Positions 40,151-53,837 are shown, counted from the first letter of the stretch. The stretch: DNA of 64,000 bases from Octopus bimaculoides (GCF_001194135.2 NC_068988.1:25968502-26032501), one strand, 5' to 3'. Translations and numbers: made by a program. The notes: generated by a model not told the origin, from the letters alone.

Positions 40151-40749
40151 TGACTGACTTATGAATTACAACAATTTTTCAACTATTATATAATAATGTT
40201 AACTGTATATAAGTGTTTAATATGAGGAATAAATAGATAGTTCATTGTCTTTTCTATAAGTGAGATCATCTGTGGTTATATATGTAGGTGAATATAATAA
40301 TTCTACAGTTATTATAAAATACGGTTAATTCCCATTGAAGGGTTTATTATATTAAATAAATAAATAAATAAATAAATAGTTTATTTAATAGAAATACTAG
40401 TTTCTATTAAACATTACGTAGAAAAAGCATCTGTAGATGTTATTCCTTAGCTATCTGTTAGGCATAACTTTGAATTTTGTCTCCAGTGTTTGTTCATTAG
40501 AAATTCGGTGACGTCATCAATTTTCGTAGATAAATATAATCGCTTTCTATGTAAGGGCTTTTAAAAATTCTATTAGATTTTTTTGTTTTGCGTAGATTTA
40601 AAATTAAATATTTCGTTATATCAATGATTCATAGGGAGATATAATAACTGTAATTTTGGTATTGTTTGTGACAATATTCGTTTTAATTTCAAACTAAAAT
40701 TGTGTAACAAAACAATCCGTAGTCTTTTTTAACAGTTTGTGACTATGAT

Positions 40750-41059
40750 TTATTGTTTGTTTGTTTGATTCTTCTCGAGCCATGACTGATAAGGGCTGGT
40801 TTCCCAGTTTCATGGGTGTATAGGTTCCACACTTGGACAAGATACTAGTTCGTTGCAGGTGAGCTGCTTGATGCAGGAGGAAAGAGCGAGAGAAAGTTGT
40901 GGTGAAAGATTCAGCAGAAGTTCGCCATTACCTTCTACCGGAGCCGCGTGAAGCTTAGATGTTTCGCTCATAAGCACATCATCGCCCGGTCTGAGTTTCG
41001 AACCCGCGATCCCCCGGCCGCGAGCCCACTGCACGAACCACTAGGCCATGTGCCTCCAC
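40750..41059 (-). mobile_element. Full-length tRNA-derived SINE, family C
   Basis: A-box TGGCCTAGTGG (41048-41038), B-box GGTTCGAAAC (41004-40995) and an (AAAC)n tail at about 40755-40768. Confidence 0.85.
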
Positions 41060-41470
41060 TGTGACTTTATGACTGAGAGATAATTGTATTTTCTCTAAAG
41101 ATATTCTTTTGTAAATAACGGACTGATAATTTTATACTAATCAGAATATTTTAAAGACATACGAGTACGTTAACATATAAAAGAATGTATCGTTGAGTGG
41201 TTGGAAAATTCGGTATCGTCGTTAATAGCTTATCCAGTGATTTTTTTTTTCGATGTTTCAGTTGAGGTCACAGATTTCTTTATAAAGGTAATTTAACAAT
41301 TGCGGATCTCTAAATTGTATACTAGTGCATTAGTGAATTTTGCTCGTGATTTCGAAGATAGATTTTCGAGACTGACATTATCTAATAGTTCATGCATCAA
41401 AATTCTGCTTACTGCCGATGTTGGAAGTATGTCCCTACAGGATATTCCGTACTTATGTAATAGTATGTCT

Positions 41471-41578
<108 letters not shown>

Positions 41579-41629
41579 CTCTTCAAAAGATTAGACAGGC
41601 AGAGCTTTCAGAAGTTCGAAGTAATTAAG

Positions 41630-42185
41630 GTTTTTAACCGAAGTTATGTTACTGGTGAGCATTCACTGTAACACTACAGTTTCTTCAATGAGATCAAATG
41701 AGTTTGGAGAACAAAGACGAGAGCAGTAATACTATCTGCTCAAAACCGAGGTTTTCCGAAGAGTCAGCATAACCATCGGCTCTCTTCACAGGAAGGTTCA
41801 TAGGATACATCCTATAAGATGTCCTCATTCAGAGGATAATATTTTGATGTTGTTGATAAACAACACCTCATTAGGCATGATTAATTCTTAGTACCGTATT
41901 TCACTAGGGCTCTCAATCATTGTGTTATCTGGTCTCAAATAATGTGATTTGTGTGTATTTATTCCGTAATGAGGAACCCGAAATATCGCTACATTAAATT
42001 TCATATTGTCTGTATCTGTCCTTTGATAAATGGGGTTCAGCTTACTATGAAGTGTGACGATAGGTTCTAGAGTTTGAATAGCTGTCGATATACTTAAGCC
42101 ACCAAAATAACTCATTACCAGAATAACTGGTCAAGTGAACTACAGAGTGTATGCCGGAAAGACGAATACTAACAATCATTTTAAT
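41630..42185 (-). mobile_element. CR1-like LINE RT fragment
   Basis: Reads DNMKFNVAIFRVPHYGIN...YLRPDN.MIE (like NNMKFN..KF.VLHYG). Downstream MLTL and (frameshifted) YCSSLFS resemble L.LWK.LV...LDYCS.LWSP. Confidence 0.75.
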
Positions 42186-42618
42186 ACTGAATAATTAAAT
42201 AAGTATTTTTAGACTATTCATGCGTTGAACTGATAGAATCATTTTATGTCAGTTCAAATTAATTATGTTGTTTTGCAGAAGAATTTAACATTCTCAATTG
42301 AAAACTCACGTCCTATTTCATTGGATTCAACTTCATAAAATATAGGCCAAGTTCAGAAGTTTGTTTGATTCTATGGACTGTTTTTTTTTTATATTAATAA
42401 ATATATAAAAGTGTTCCCTTATCGATCGATATTCTGATCACCGACATATCAAGCATTTGACAATATTTATCTGCACTACTACTTAGACAAATATATCGTG
42501 GTTATTGTAGTATTAGTAGTACTGTTGAGGATGTCTGTGATAGTCATAGTTGCAACAGTAGAAGCAACAGTAATTCAATATATATATACGTACATACATA
42601 CTTACATACATACACATC

Positions 42619-42658
<40 letters not shown>

Positions 42659-43869
42659 TCACACACACATACTCAGGCACATGCACGCTCACACATATAT
42701 ATGTGCACAAAAATATACAAAGATATAAAAAGCTAATGTATTAATGTAGAGATACGTAATGATGTAGCTAAATGTAGGAAAAAAAAGAGAAATGATATTA
42801 GGATTTAATAAATCCGCCTGTTTACAAAGCTTTAAATAGCTATGATATGAAGAAAAGAGAACAAGATTTTAATTATTAAAATATTTTTTTCAAAATATTT
42901 CCAGCAAGATTTATCAAATATATAGTTTTTCTAAGTGTATTTGTAACACATAATACGCACCTTACATACGAATAGTTGCATATATGCATAAATCCATACT
43001 TACGAATACACACAGACAGACACATGCACCCACGTACACTCACTCGCACACAAACGCACGCACGCACGTAAACACACACACATATACATAAATAAATGGA
43101 AGCATTAGTTTGAGTGTTTGAGTGTGTTTGACGTATTCACGTATGGAGATGCACACATATATTAACCACATCAGCCAAATATCATATAGGTGTATGTATG
43201 TATTTACTTTCAGTTGGATGGACACATGATTATATTACAGTGATATATCATTTAAAGACGTAAGAGGTTTAGCTGACTTCGTGGCGATAGCTAGCGTCAC
43301 GTAATGACTTGTAAATAATTGTACTTGTGATGGGACATGTGAATAACAGAAAATAAAAATGCAGTTCTGGAATGAATGTGTTTCCGTTTTCAGAACTGAA
43401 GTCAAATTGCACTGGAAACGATATTTTACCTTATCTCATTTGAGAGCGTAAAAGTAAATCTGGTGATATATGCAACTTGATTAAATAAGCCATATCTCTT
43501 TTCTTTGGAATTCTCTAGTCTTGTAAGATATCTGTTTTGGATATACATTATTACATTATTGATTACAAATAAAGTAGAATTAAATGGAAATATAAAATGA
43601 GAATGCGCAGATTGTTTATACATAGCAGGGATGTGTAAATTTCAACTCTATGTCGTTAAATAAGCAAAAAGAGTACAGCGCATGTTGCACAAAATTTACA
43701 TGAAATACATTTTACACAAATTCAAAATGAAGTTTAAACTCTGCTCCTCTTGAAATAACAATTTAAAGTTAGGGCGCTATAGGTATATTTCTGGACAGTT
43801 TTATATTTGTAAGAGCAACGTTCAAAGTTTAAAAAAATATAATAATAATAATAATTAGAGGATATATAT

Positions 43870-44050
43870 TTTCTACTATGAGCACAAGGCATGAAATCCT
43901 GGATGAAATTGGTTAGACGATTACATCAAACCTAGTATTCAACTGGTACGTATTTTATCGACCCTGATAGGTTGAAAGTCAAAGTTCACCTCATCCCAGG
44001 CGAACGAAATGCTGCTCATAATTTTTCCCAGCGTGCTAACAGTTCTGCCT
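43870..44050 (-). mobile_element. SINE family B, degenerate
   Basis: CTGGTACGTATTTTATCGACCC...AAGTCAAAGTTCACCTC...GCGTGCTAACAGTTCTGCC. Confidence 0.75.
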
Positions 44051-44353
44051 CTTGGATGAACATAATGTCGATCCCAAAAGCTCTTACATTTTACATTGCT
44101 TATCTGTGCACTATGATAGGGTGTGTTTATATTTTTTTATTTACATTTAACTTCCTTGATTTCGTTATGATTAATGTATCCGTTGATTATCTTCCTTCAC
44201 TCCAGCTTCTCGTTATTTAGTTTTATAAGACTTGGCTGAGGATAAAGGAACGACTTATTCTCTCGAGCACATAGAAAAAAGTATTCTCTTATGCCTACAA
44301 CGCAGCCGACACACGAACTGACAACACACACACCTTACGTACGTGTTTGATTT

Positions 44354-44391
<38 letters not shown>

Positions 44392-44447
44392 TGTATGTAT
44401 GCATGTGTATATATGTGTGCGTAGGTGTGTATGTCTATGTGTGTGCA

Positions 44448-44488
<41 letters not shown>

Positions 44489-45060
44489 CATGAAGGGCTT
44501 AGTTCACTGGTGATCTAAACGAATAGATACGCTGCGTAAATGCTATAATTGGTTATCCGTCACGTTCTAAGTTCACACCTGCGATTGGATCCGTAGTAGT
44601 CTTCCGATATACATATATATGAGTGTGTGCGTGTGTGTGTGCATGTGTGTGTGTATGTATGCGTGTGTATCTTTGTTCGGTTGTGCTTGTGTGCCACTTT
44701 GTGTGTGCGTGTATGTATACATACAGTTTAGATCTCATTACCCATTATCTAAATCTGGATATACCGATCTTCATACATACTTCAAAATGTATCGTATTCG
44801 ATTTGAAAGCGGAGACCCTGACTTTCATCCTTACTTTCATGTTGGGTTTTGAACTGATAAGGCTTTCTCCTATATATATATGCATAAATGTAATGCTTTC
44901 CCCAAAAAAACTGTTCTTGATAATCGAAGCTCCGATGAAGCTGTAAGTTGTTACTCAAGGAGACAACTATGCATTTTATAGCAGAAATAACTGTAAGCAA
45001 ATGAAATTCATAAAATAACCATTATTCCTTGTCAATTTATTTTCTCATATTTCTCTGTTC

Positions 45061-45096
45061 CTTTCTGACAAAGAGTGCAGGCTCGAAACGAAAAAG
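45061..45096 (+). ncRNA. Degenerate minimal (Penelope-type, type I) hammerhead ribozyme motif
   Basis: CTTT-CTGACAA-A-GAGT(GCAG)GCTC-GAAAC-GA-AAAAG gives a core with stem II and stem I (CTTT/AAAG). Core G8 appears as A and the GUH cleavage triplet as GAA, so it is probably inactive. Confidence 0.5.
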
Positions 45097-46176
45097 TCTT
45101 TCTCACTTCTCGATCGTTAAACTAATACATCTGATTGTTGTTTACACACCCGACGTCGTCCTTTGTTTTATGTAAATTCTAACTATANNNNNNNNNNNNN
45201 NNNNNNNNNNNNNNNNNNNNNNNNNNNNNNNNNNNNNNNNNNNNNNNNNNNNNNNNNNNNNNNNNNNNNNNNNNNNNNNNNNNNNNNNNNNNNNNNNNNN
45301 NNNNNNNNNNNNNNNNNNNNNNNNNNNNNNNNNNNNNNNNNNNNNNNNNNNNNNNNNNNNNNNNNNNNNNNNNNNNNNNNNNNNNNNNNNNNNNNNNNNN
45401 NNNNNNNNNNNNNNNNNNNNNNNNNNNNNNNNNNNNNNNNNNNNNNNNNNNNNNNNNNNNNNNNNNNNNNNNNNNNNNNNNNNNNNNNNNNNNNNNNNNN
45501 NNNNNNNNNNNNNNNNNNNNNNNNNNNNNNNNNNNNNNNNNNNNNNNNNNNNNNNNNNNNNNNNNNNNNNNNNNNNNNNNNNNNNNNNNNNNNNNNNNNN
45601 NNNNNNNNNNNNNNNNNNNNNNNNNNNNNNNNNNNNNNNNNNNNNNNNNNNNNNNNNNNNNNNNNNNNNNNNNNNNNNNNNNNNNNNNNNNNNNNNNNNN
45701 NNNNNNNNNNNNNNNNNNNNNNNNNNNNNNNNNNNNNNNNNNNNNNNNNNNNNNNNNNNNNNNNNNNNNNNNNNNNNNNNNNNNNNNNNNNNNNNNNNNN
45801 NNNNNNNNNNNNNNNNNNNNNNNNNNNNNNNNNNNNNNNNNNNNNNNNNNNNNNNNNNNNNNNNNNNNNNNNNNNNNNNNNNNNNNNNNNNNNNNNNNNN
45901 NNNNNNNNNNNNNNNNNNNNNNNNNNNNNNNNNNNNNNNNNNNNNNNNNNNNNNNNNNNNNNNNNNNNNNNNNNNNNNNNNNNNNNNNNNNNNNNNNNNN
46001 NNNNNNNNNNNNNNNNNNNNNNNNNNNNNNNNNNNNNNNNNNNNNNNNNNNNNNNNNNNNNNNNNNNNNNNNNNNNNNNNNNNNNNNNNNNNNNNNNNNN
46101 NNNNNNNNNNNNNNNNNNNNNNNNNNNNNNNNNNNNNNNNNNNNNNNNNNNNNNNNNNNNNNNNNNNNNNNNNNNN

Positions 46177-46207
<31 letters not shown>

Positions 46208-48784
46208 CGTGTGTGTGTACGTATGTTTTCGTGTACACGTGTGTACTATGTGCGTGTCAGTGTGCACACACTCTAGGGTTCGTAATGACAAAACATACCA
46301 TTAGAGCAAACAGAAACGAAAAATGTAATTAACGCTGCCAAGGCGGAATAAAACATTTACATTTCTGTTTAACCGAATTTGATTGATTATTTGTGTTATT
46401 CATTAGATAATTTTCTTTGGGAATTGTGTGTTATTTTCTTTTCAATACTTGAGATGTGCTTTAAATATTCAGTGTTTATGTGTACACAGCGAAATTTTCG
46501 TCTAGCTAAAATATTTACGACAATCATCCCAAGCGACTTATCACAATTTACTATTAGCTTTCTTTACACCAACTTTGAGGAGATAAGCTTTCGAGAAGAG
46601 AAATATGATGGCTATATTATAAGAATGTAAAATTGTTTACAGGGATATATTTTGAGATATCTATAATTTTATGATAATATACGTATATTATGTCAACATA
46701 GTTATCTTCTTCTCTTACGATGAAGTCGAAATTCTAATGTCTGCATGAAAGTTGTTCAGAAAGACAAATATTGTTGCCTTTTACAACCGGCACTACCCAA
46801 TTATCTGTTTATGTAAGCCTCTGGGTTTTATTTGATGTGCATTGCACTATCATATCCGTGACAAGTTCAAATAATCCAGAACTGTGAGGTTCGTAAAAAA
46901 ACCCCAAAAAACGGTCGTTCAGAAATTCTAAAAGCTTCAATAACTATTTGCAGCATACGCCTAGTAAATGACGCTTATTATTATGTTTGATGCAGCACGA
47001 ATACTTATCAAACACCCAGTGTATCTAAATGAAATAGCACTCCTATGTACAGAGCAATTTCAGCGTGTTTTATTGTTCAAAAATCTTGTATTTATGCTGT
47101 GAAATTTCAAAGACACAGCACAGAATCTCTGCTGAGAAATATAACTATGTCAGTACTGATTTTGTAAAGCAAGTGATAAAGCACTCACGAATGTAATTAC
47201 GATTTTCTTGTTGCAAATTACATAAGCATTAAATATATTTAAGGGACTTATTTCCGTATGTGTGTGATATTTTGGATTTGTTCTGATTATAGGGAACAAA
47301 GTTGTACGATGTAACTATAGTTTGTATTTGTTAATTTAGAGCAGTTTCGTGAGTGCCAGTGGTTGCATAATTGTTTTATGTATTGATGTAGGTTTTCTAA
47401 ATGAAGTGCAGATATTGTTTTAGTTGTAATAAAACTATACATGTTTTTTGCTTTGCTTTGGTATTTATACATTGGAATATGCGTTTCGTTTGTTTGTAAC
47501 ATTCTGTTCTAGATAGCTGCAGAGCATTCTCGTCTTAAATTTCAGATTATTTGAGTGTTTTTCATTGATAATTGGTCTCCTTATCTTTGAAATTGGAAAT
47601 CTCAGTTTACTGAACGATATTTTCCCGTTAGGTATATTATTAAGCGCTTTTGCGTTAAATGATCCCTTTACATCAGCGAGTATCTGAAGATGAGGTAGTT
47701 TATTGGGTCTTTCTCTATATTTAATAAAATCACCGAAATTACAGTATACAGAATAGGTGAAGACAGAAGCTCGCGGCACTTCTCAAAACTGTTGTAAAAG
47801 AAAAAAAAATGTTGTCAACGCTCAAGTTTACTGAAGAATAATTATATTTCATTTTTTACTGCATTTTCAAAATGCGTATTTCTTTTATCAAAATTCCTTT
47901 CTGGGCAAATTATTTATTGTGTATTTAGAAGTTAATGAAATGGTATTCTTTATAGTATATTTCTATTTTATATTTATTTTAACCTCTTTATTTATGCAAT
48001 AAATGTATTTAGAAATCTTCTCCGACAAAGGAATATTCACAATAACGGTATCTCCAATTTCGAGGTTCTGTTATCTGAGAAGTTTACTTGAATCCTGTGA
48101 GTCGTTTATTGTCTTTCCTATCACTATGTAAATTTTTGTGGTGAGTTTCTATATTTCCTTTTGCTCTTAAAAATATTTATCATAAGTCGGTACACCGCAG
48201 CGGGATTTTTTATCAGTTACCATTCATAACTACTTCAGAATGCGATAAAAATGCTTGTGCCATATACGTGGCCTTGTCAAAAATACGTATCGGGATCAGG
48301 TGATTGTTCCAATGTGAGCAGTATCATTTATCAGTTACAGTGAATTGGAATGGATTAAGGTAGTTGGATTAAGGTTTAGAATAAGTTACCTGACGTTGTT
48401 AATTAAATGTATTTTTTAGATTCTCAAGTACGGTTTTTTTTAGAGCAAAGCTATTGTTTCAATTTGCGTCCCCCACATACTACTTCCGCAATGGTAATGA
48501 GAAAGAAAGTGTAATTCGGTAGATAGAACTTATCTGAAGAGGCGAATACGACTATTCAGTAGTAAATATTATGGAACCAGTTCGAGGTTGTATATTTCTA
48601 CTAGTAATTGTTATGATAGATATAACTTTTGTGATTGCTTGAGGATAAATTAAACACATAATTGTTAGTTGCGTCTAACGAGTACTTTACTTTTGAATAA
48701 TTGCTGCTAAATTGAATATCATTAACTCCATTGCAGCAGATACGCAGATAATCATAATTTCTCCTGCTCGCAAGGGATAAAAAG

Positions 48785-48830
<46 letters not shown>

Positions 48831-48903
48831 NNNNNNNNNNNNNNNNNNNNNNNNNNNNNNNNNNNNNNNNNNNNNNNNNNNNNNNNNNNNNNNNNNNNNN
48901 NNN

Positions 48904-48938
<35 letters not shown>

Positions 48939-49139
48939 CGTATACATATACCATACAGAAGAAATGTTAACATCCAAGCTTAGGCGGTTTAATATTCTAA
49001 ATATCATATGCCATATATATACATATATACATATATATACATACGCACACATATAGATATAGATATATACATATAGTTCACAGATGAAATCCAGATATTC
49101 CCCATATAGAATACACTTAGCTGTGCTCAAGAGATTCAA

Positions 49140-49520
49140 GCTGACCCCGAAATTTTTACAGGGGATTTTCCACAATGTAGATAAAGACAAAAGCGGGATC
49201 ATGTTGAGCGGGTAAAGAAGCAATGGCAGGAACAGGTAAATTAGAAATATCAATACATGCAAAATTAATAATTATATCAAGGAAACAATTTTGACTTGTA
49301 TCATCCCACGCCAGAACAGTGGAAATAACATGATGTAAAGACACCAGTCTTTAGACTGTAAATATTTATCATCCGAAATCTCCTGGCGATGTAAAACGCA
49401 GTCAATATGCCGTAAACAACAGATCTCGACAACAAGGCACAATCATATTTCTGATTATAACAATTATTAACACACATCAGAGAACAGTATCGGGCCACAT
49501 CAGAGACAGGATCAGATCAC
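49140..49520 (+). pseudogene. Possible decayed intronless copy of a penta-EF-hand gene (ALG-2/PDCD6-like)
   Basis: ADPKFLQGIFHNVDKDKSG (one-base frameshift near the start) resembles ALG-2 PDQSFLWNVFQRVDKDRSG. SNG, YIK, NSG and LS follow in frame and in order, then RQQGTIIF in another frame. It has stops and deletions. Confidence 0.4.
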
Positions 49521-49522
49521 TT

Positions 49523-49574
<52 letters not shown>

Positions 49575-50238
49575 CACGAGAAAAAAAAAAGAAAAGAAAT
49601 GAGAGACACATCGTCTACAACAGTGTAAAACAGAAACATGATACACTACATCTGAATGACATTCAGAAGGTCGGAAAGGACTTAACCATCTAAGATCCTA
49701 TGTTTACAGATACTTGTTCCGTCAGAGCAGTGTTGTTAGCACTATCACTTTACGTCTTTGCCTTATGACACCGTGTAACATTGTTATCTTTCTCATGCAT
49801 TCATCTGTTCTCTTCTCACCATATCTAATGCGCACAGATATCGAATTAGACATTTCCCAACCACTTATATTCCAAATTCTTCCAAGCCGGAATTCATTCG
49901 CTACTCAACATTTGATATACTCACCAACCTAGATTTAGTTTAAACTGAAAATCCTCGGCAATGTCCTCATCACTGGGTGCATCTACAAATATCTCAAAGG
50001 GTGTGTTCCATCAGTTTTGAGTAAATAAGTAGAAATAGACAGAATTTTGAGTATACAAATTCATACACACACATGCAAACACATACCCAAAGAACAACAC
50101 GCATAGAAACACAGAAAAAGAAATACGCATGCACATACTAAAGCACTCACACACTCACGTTTGTAGACACAATGCCGAAAGTTAATATCTTGGCAGTTTT
50201 TATGTTGTAAAAATAATTAAAAATTATTATTTGTTTTA

Positions 50239-50370
50239 AAACTGAAGCAATTTATTAAATAGAAGGTTGCCAAAAATTGCTTTCAAGAAAAATATAATAA
50301 ATGCTTATTTTATTTCCAAACTGAAGCAATATTTTAAACAGAAGGTTGCCAAAAATAATTCCTTTCAAAA
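50239..50370. repeat. 79-bp tandem duplication
   Basis: AAACTGAAGCAAT...AGAAGGTTGCCAAAAAT starts at 50239 and again at 50318. Confidence 0.85.
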
Positions 50371-52934
50371 TTAAACCTATTTATTAAAATGAAATTGTAA
50401 ATTGTGAACTATTGACCTTAAAAATAATAGAAAACTGGTTGTATCATAAGCGTGAAGAATATTTTCAACGCGATTATTAGCCTTCATATATTTCTTATTA
50501 TTTATACGTATCACATTAGATTCAAGATATGTCTGACGATTATTCATTGTGTAGTATTTCCAGCTGGATGTTCTTGCTTATCACTCCGGTTGTATCTGCA
50601 CTCAAGAAGACCTCCTCTTTCAATTCATGCATAGCACGCCATATTTGAGGGTGGATATACTACATTTCACTGATGCTTTATTGAAAACACGACCTGGAAT
50701 AATATTTCAAAATGTCAGACATGTTGTGATTGGCAATATTAAAAGAGGCTGAAGCAATAGACAAGAGTCATTTTCTTCCTGCCCATGCGTCAAACTTAAA
50801 GTCTGTGAGTTGACAGCAGGTCACATTTATCTATTTTGCTATATTGATTAAATACTGAATGAAATAATTATGGCTTCTAATTCATACGGAAGGCCGGTAA
50901 TATTAGGGGAATTGATTAGTCGTTACTATTAACCAAAGTACTAGTCTTTTAAAATTTGATAACTTTGCACAAATTTCCATGTGTGTGAGACAAATAACTT
51001 TCTTCACACTATTTAATTAAGAAAGCTGCCCCATGTTTTTTCAAGCAGAGACACGTAACGAAACGTTTCCGCAACAAATTCTGGAACATCATTGTTGGTA
51101 CGTATACTTTTTGGGTATATCCAGATTGATGCTTATAGCATATTAGACCAATGTTTTCTATACGTCTACTCTGACAAAACCTTTTGTTAAACTTTGTTTA
51201 CAAGAGGTTTTACAAACTTTTTGTTAAACCCTTTCCAAATATCGACTCTTTATCACCTCCTTAACGATATAAATTACACCACACAATTCCAACAAACTGA
51301 CATTTGATTGTGGTATGTATGCGCTCATAAAGGACATTACATAAAAACTGCAAATATTTGCTAATGAACTTTTAAAGAAATTTTCAGATACGCTAATTTT
51401 CACGCTATTTTCTGAAAACCTTATGTTTGATAAAATCTTTTTCGATATTGCATGGTCTCTACAAAGGTCATCGAATACATTTTCAGAAATTGAAATTGCT
51501 GCCAATTACATTATGCTTTCTGTTATGAATATTGACATCGCCCGGCTGGCATCTACATTTTGAAATACTGAAATGAGCCCACTCAAGATAAAATGCTCAG
51601 GTGATGCTCATTTACTCGTAATGCAAAAACATGCAAAACTACTGCTATAATACCACTTTTGCATTCTCCCTGCAGTCTCTGACGAATAAGTCCTAAATAC
51701 TTACGTCATTTCATTGAGTCGGCGACGACATTTTCCTCCAAATATTTCGGTTGTGCAATCTTATAAATCCGTAACTTTGCCTAATCGTCAGGAAATTTTA
51801 TCTTTTATCAGCCTCGCGCTATCTCTTATTAATTACTGTTGTTGTTTATAGATATTATGTTATGTAATATTATTAGTATTAACGAAATCAATAACCACAA
51901 TCTTTCAGATATAGTAGAGTGCCGTTTTCATTATTTAGGCTTTTGCATTCCATTTGAAAGTAATAAATACTTCTTGCCAATTCACAATAATATACACCAC
52001 CGTGCAGACATATGCTCGCACTCAGCACATGCTCATACACATACACATGAACACAGACAAACAGACACATATATGTGTCTGTGTTTATACTTATCGTATT
52101 GATTATTTTTCTAGTCATAGAAGGTCAAAAGCGAAGGGATAGCTATAAAAGATAACTAGACTTGATACTAAGCATACAAAACAAAGTTATTGAATGAATT
52201 ATCTAAAGGGTGTTGTTTGTATATCACACACATAATTCTCCATATCAAATAATCGAACGAGCTGAAAATCAGAGAAAAAAAACGGTAAAATCGGAAGTAT
52301 TTGCAAAGCAATATCCGCTTTTTTGCCGAAGTATTCCTATAAATATAATGTGTTGCATAGGTAAATACAATTTCGTTATGCTTTAACTATCTTATTTTTA
52401 CTGAAGTATAGAATCGATCTATATATTAACTGGCAATTACAGATGCTACATTTGTTTTATTTCTGTAGTTATGCATGTTGTGGTAAGTTACCTTTCTGAT
52501 GACTTGGTGTCCAGTTCGATCCTTTGTTCGATCTTACGTTTCTAGTAAGCTCTAAGTGTAGCAACAGTTTTGACTTTTATATAGTGCTTTAATGAAAGAT
52601 TTGATCTTTCTTAAGAAAGTGTAGCCAACTCGTTTGAAACACGAATGTTACTTTGAAATTATTTGGAGTGTATAATTGCTAGCACAAAGTACATTCGAAA
52701 TTGTTGAAAAATATTAAGTGAATGTAAAATAAAAAATTCGTTTCCATATTTTCACAACATCCATTTACATGAATGCGATATGAGTTATATTTTTTTCTAT
52801 GGATACGAAGGAATTTTAGAACAATGGCCAGAAAAGATGGGGTACGGTAGATCTCCGCATAATATTACTTTTGAAAATTAAAAATCAAATATGAAACCGG
52901 TCAAGTGTACACACACACACGCGTGCATACATAC

Positions 52935-53400
52935 ATGAACACAAGCCCCGTCACTCTCTCCGAACAACCGAGCAAAGTGCTGGAGAAATGCCTCACATAT
53001 TTGTGTGGAATCGCTCAACTCGTGTCCGTCTCTGTCCATCAAAGATAGAATTGCGACTTTGTTAACACACTGCGCCCCTGCCAAATGGGCCCATCAAAAG
53101 CTTTGATGCCCTCATTTCTCAGAGCACGTGTTTTGGCTCTGATAATGCAACCTTCATATTTTGCATTGAAGAACTACAAATAGACTCGTCTAATTTTGCT
53201 ACTAATTCGTCCTCCTTTCTATTTTTTTCTCACGCTACTTCTTTGCTAAACCTTATCGATACTACTCTAGTCTCTGTTTTGAGAGCCACCCACAACCTGT
53301 TGTTGACGACCCAATCAAATTTTGTTCAACTAAAGTGTAAGCCTTATGTGATGGAAACGACATCTTCATCTTCCAGTACCCGAGTCCTGGCCTACGCGTC
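52935..53400 (-). mobile_element. Tx1/L1-clade LINE ORF2 fragment (between endonuclease and RT)
   Basis: Reads GLGYWKM, then AKYEGCIIRAKTRALRNEG and ILSLMDRDGHELSDSTQICEAFLQHFARLF. This matches the L1/Tx1 linker (GYWK.N...G..IR.R...I..L....G......I...F..LY). Confidence 0.75.
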
Positions 53401-53402
53401 TT

Positions 53403-53540
53403 GAAGAAGAAGAAGAAGAAGAAGAAGAAGAAGAAGAAGAAGAAGAAGAAGAAGAAGAAGAAGAAGAAGAAGAAGAAGAAGAAGAAGAAGAAGAAGAAGA
53501 AGAAGAAGAAGGAGAAGAAGAATGAATGAATGAATGAATG
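53403..53540. repeat. (GAA)n tract followed by (GAAT)n
   Basis: Directly visible. It truncates the Tx1-like fragment. Confidence 0.95.
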
Positions 53541-53837
53541 AATATAGTAGCATCTTTATAATATGTAATGCTGCTATATTAACGAGATGAAAAACATATA
53601 ACAATAAAACAACAATAATACTCTGTATGTGTAGACGTGTAAGTATGCTGGAGGTGTTTGGAAACATCAATTCACAGGGCAAAAATATAAGACACGAAAA
53701 TGTGAGATGCTATTATAGTTCATGTATGCTTCCGGAAATTTGGTGACTGCAACACGCTTCCACACAAAATATATTTATATTGCATACATCTATCTATCTA
53801 TTTATCTGTCAATCTACCTATTTATATCTATATATTA

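Noticed and set aside
48298-48360. TGATTGTTCCAAT resembling miR-219 with a partial hairpin
   Set aside because: Only ~7 bp pair and the mature sequence diverges immediately.
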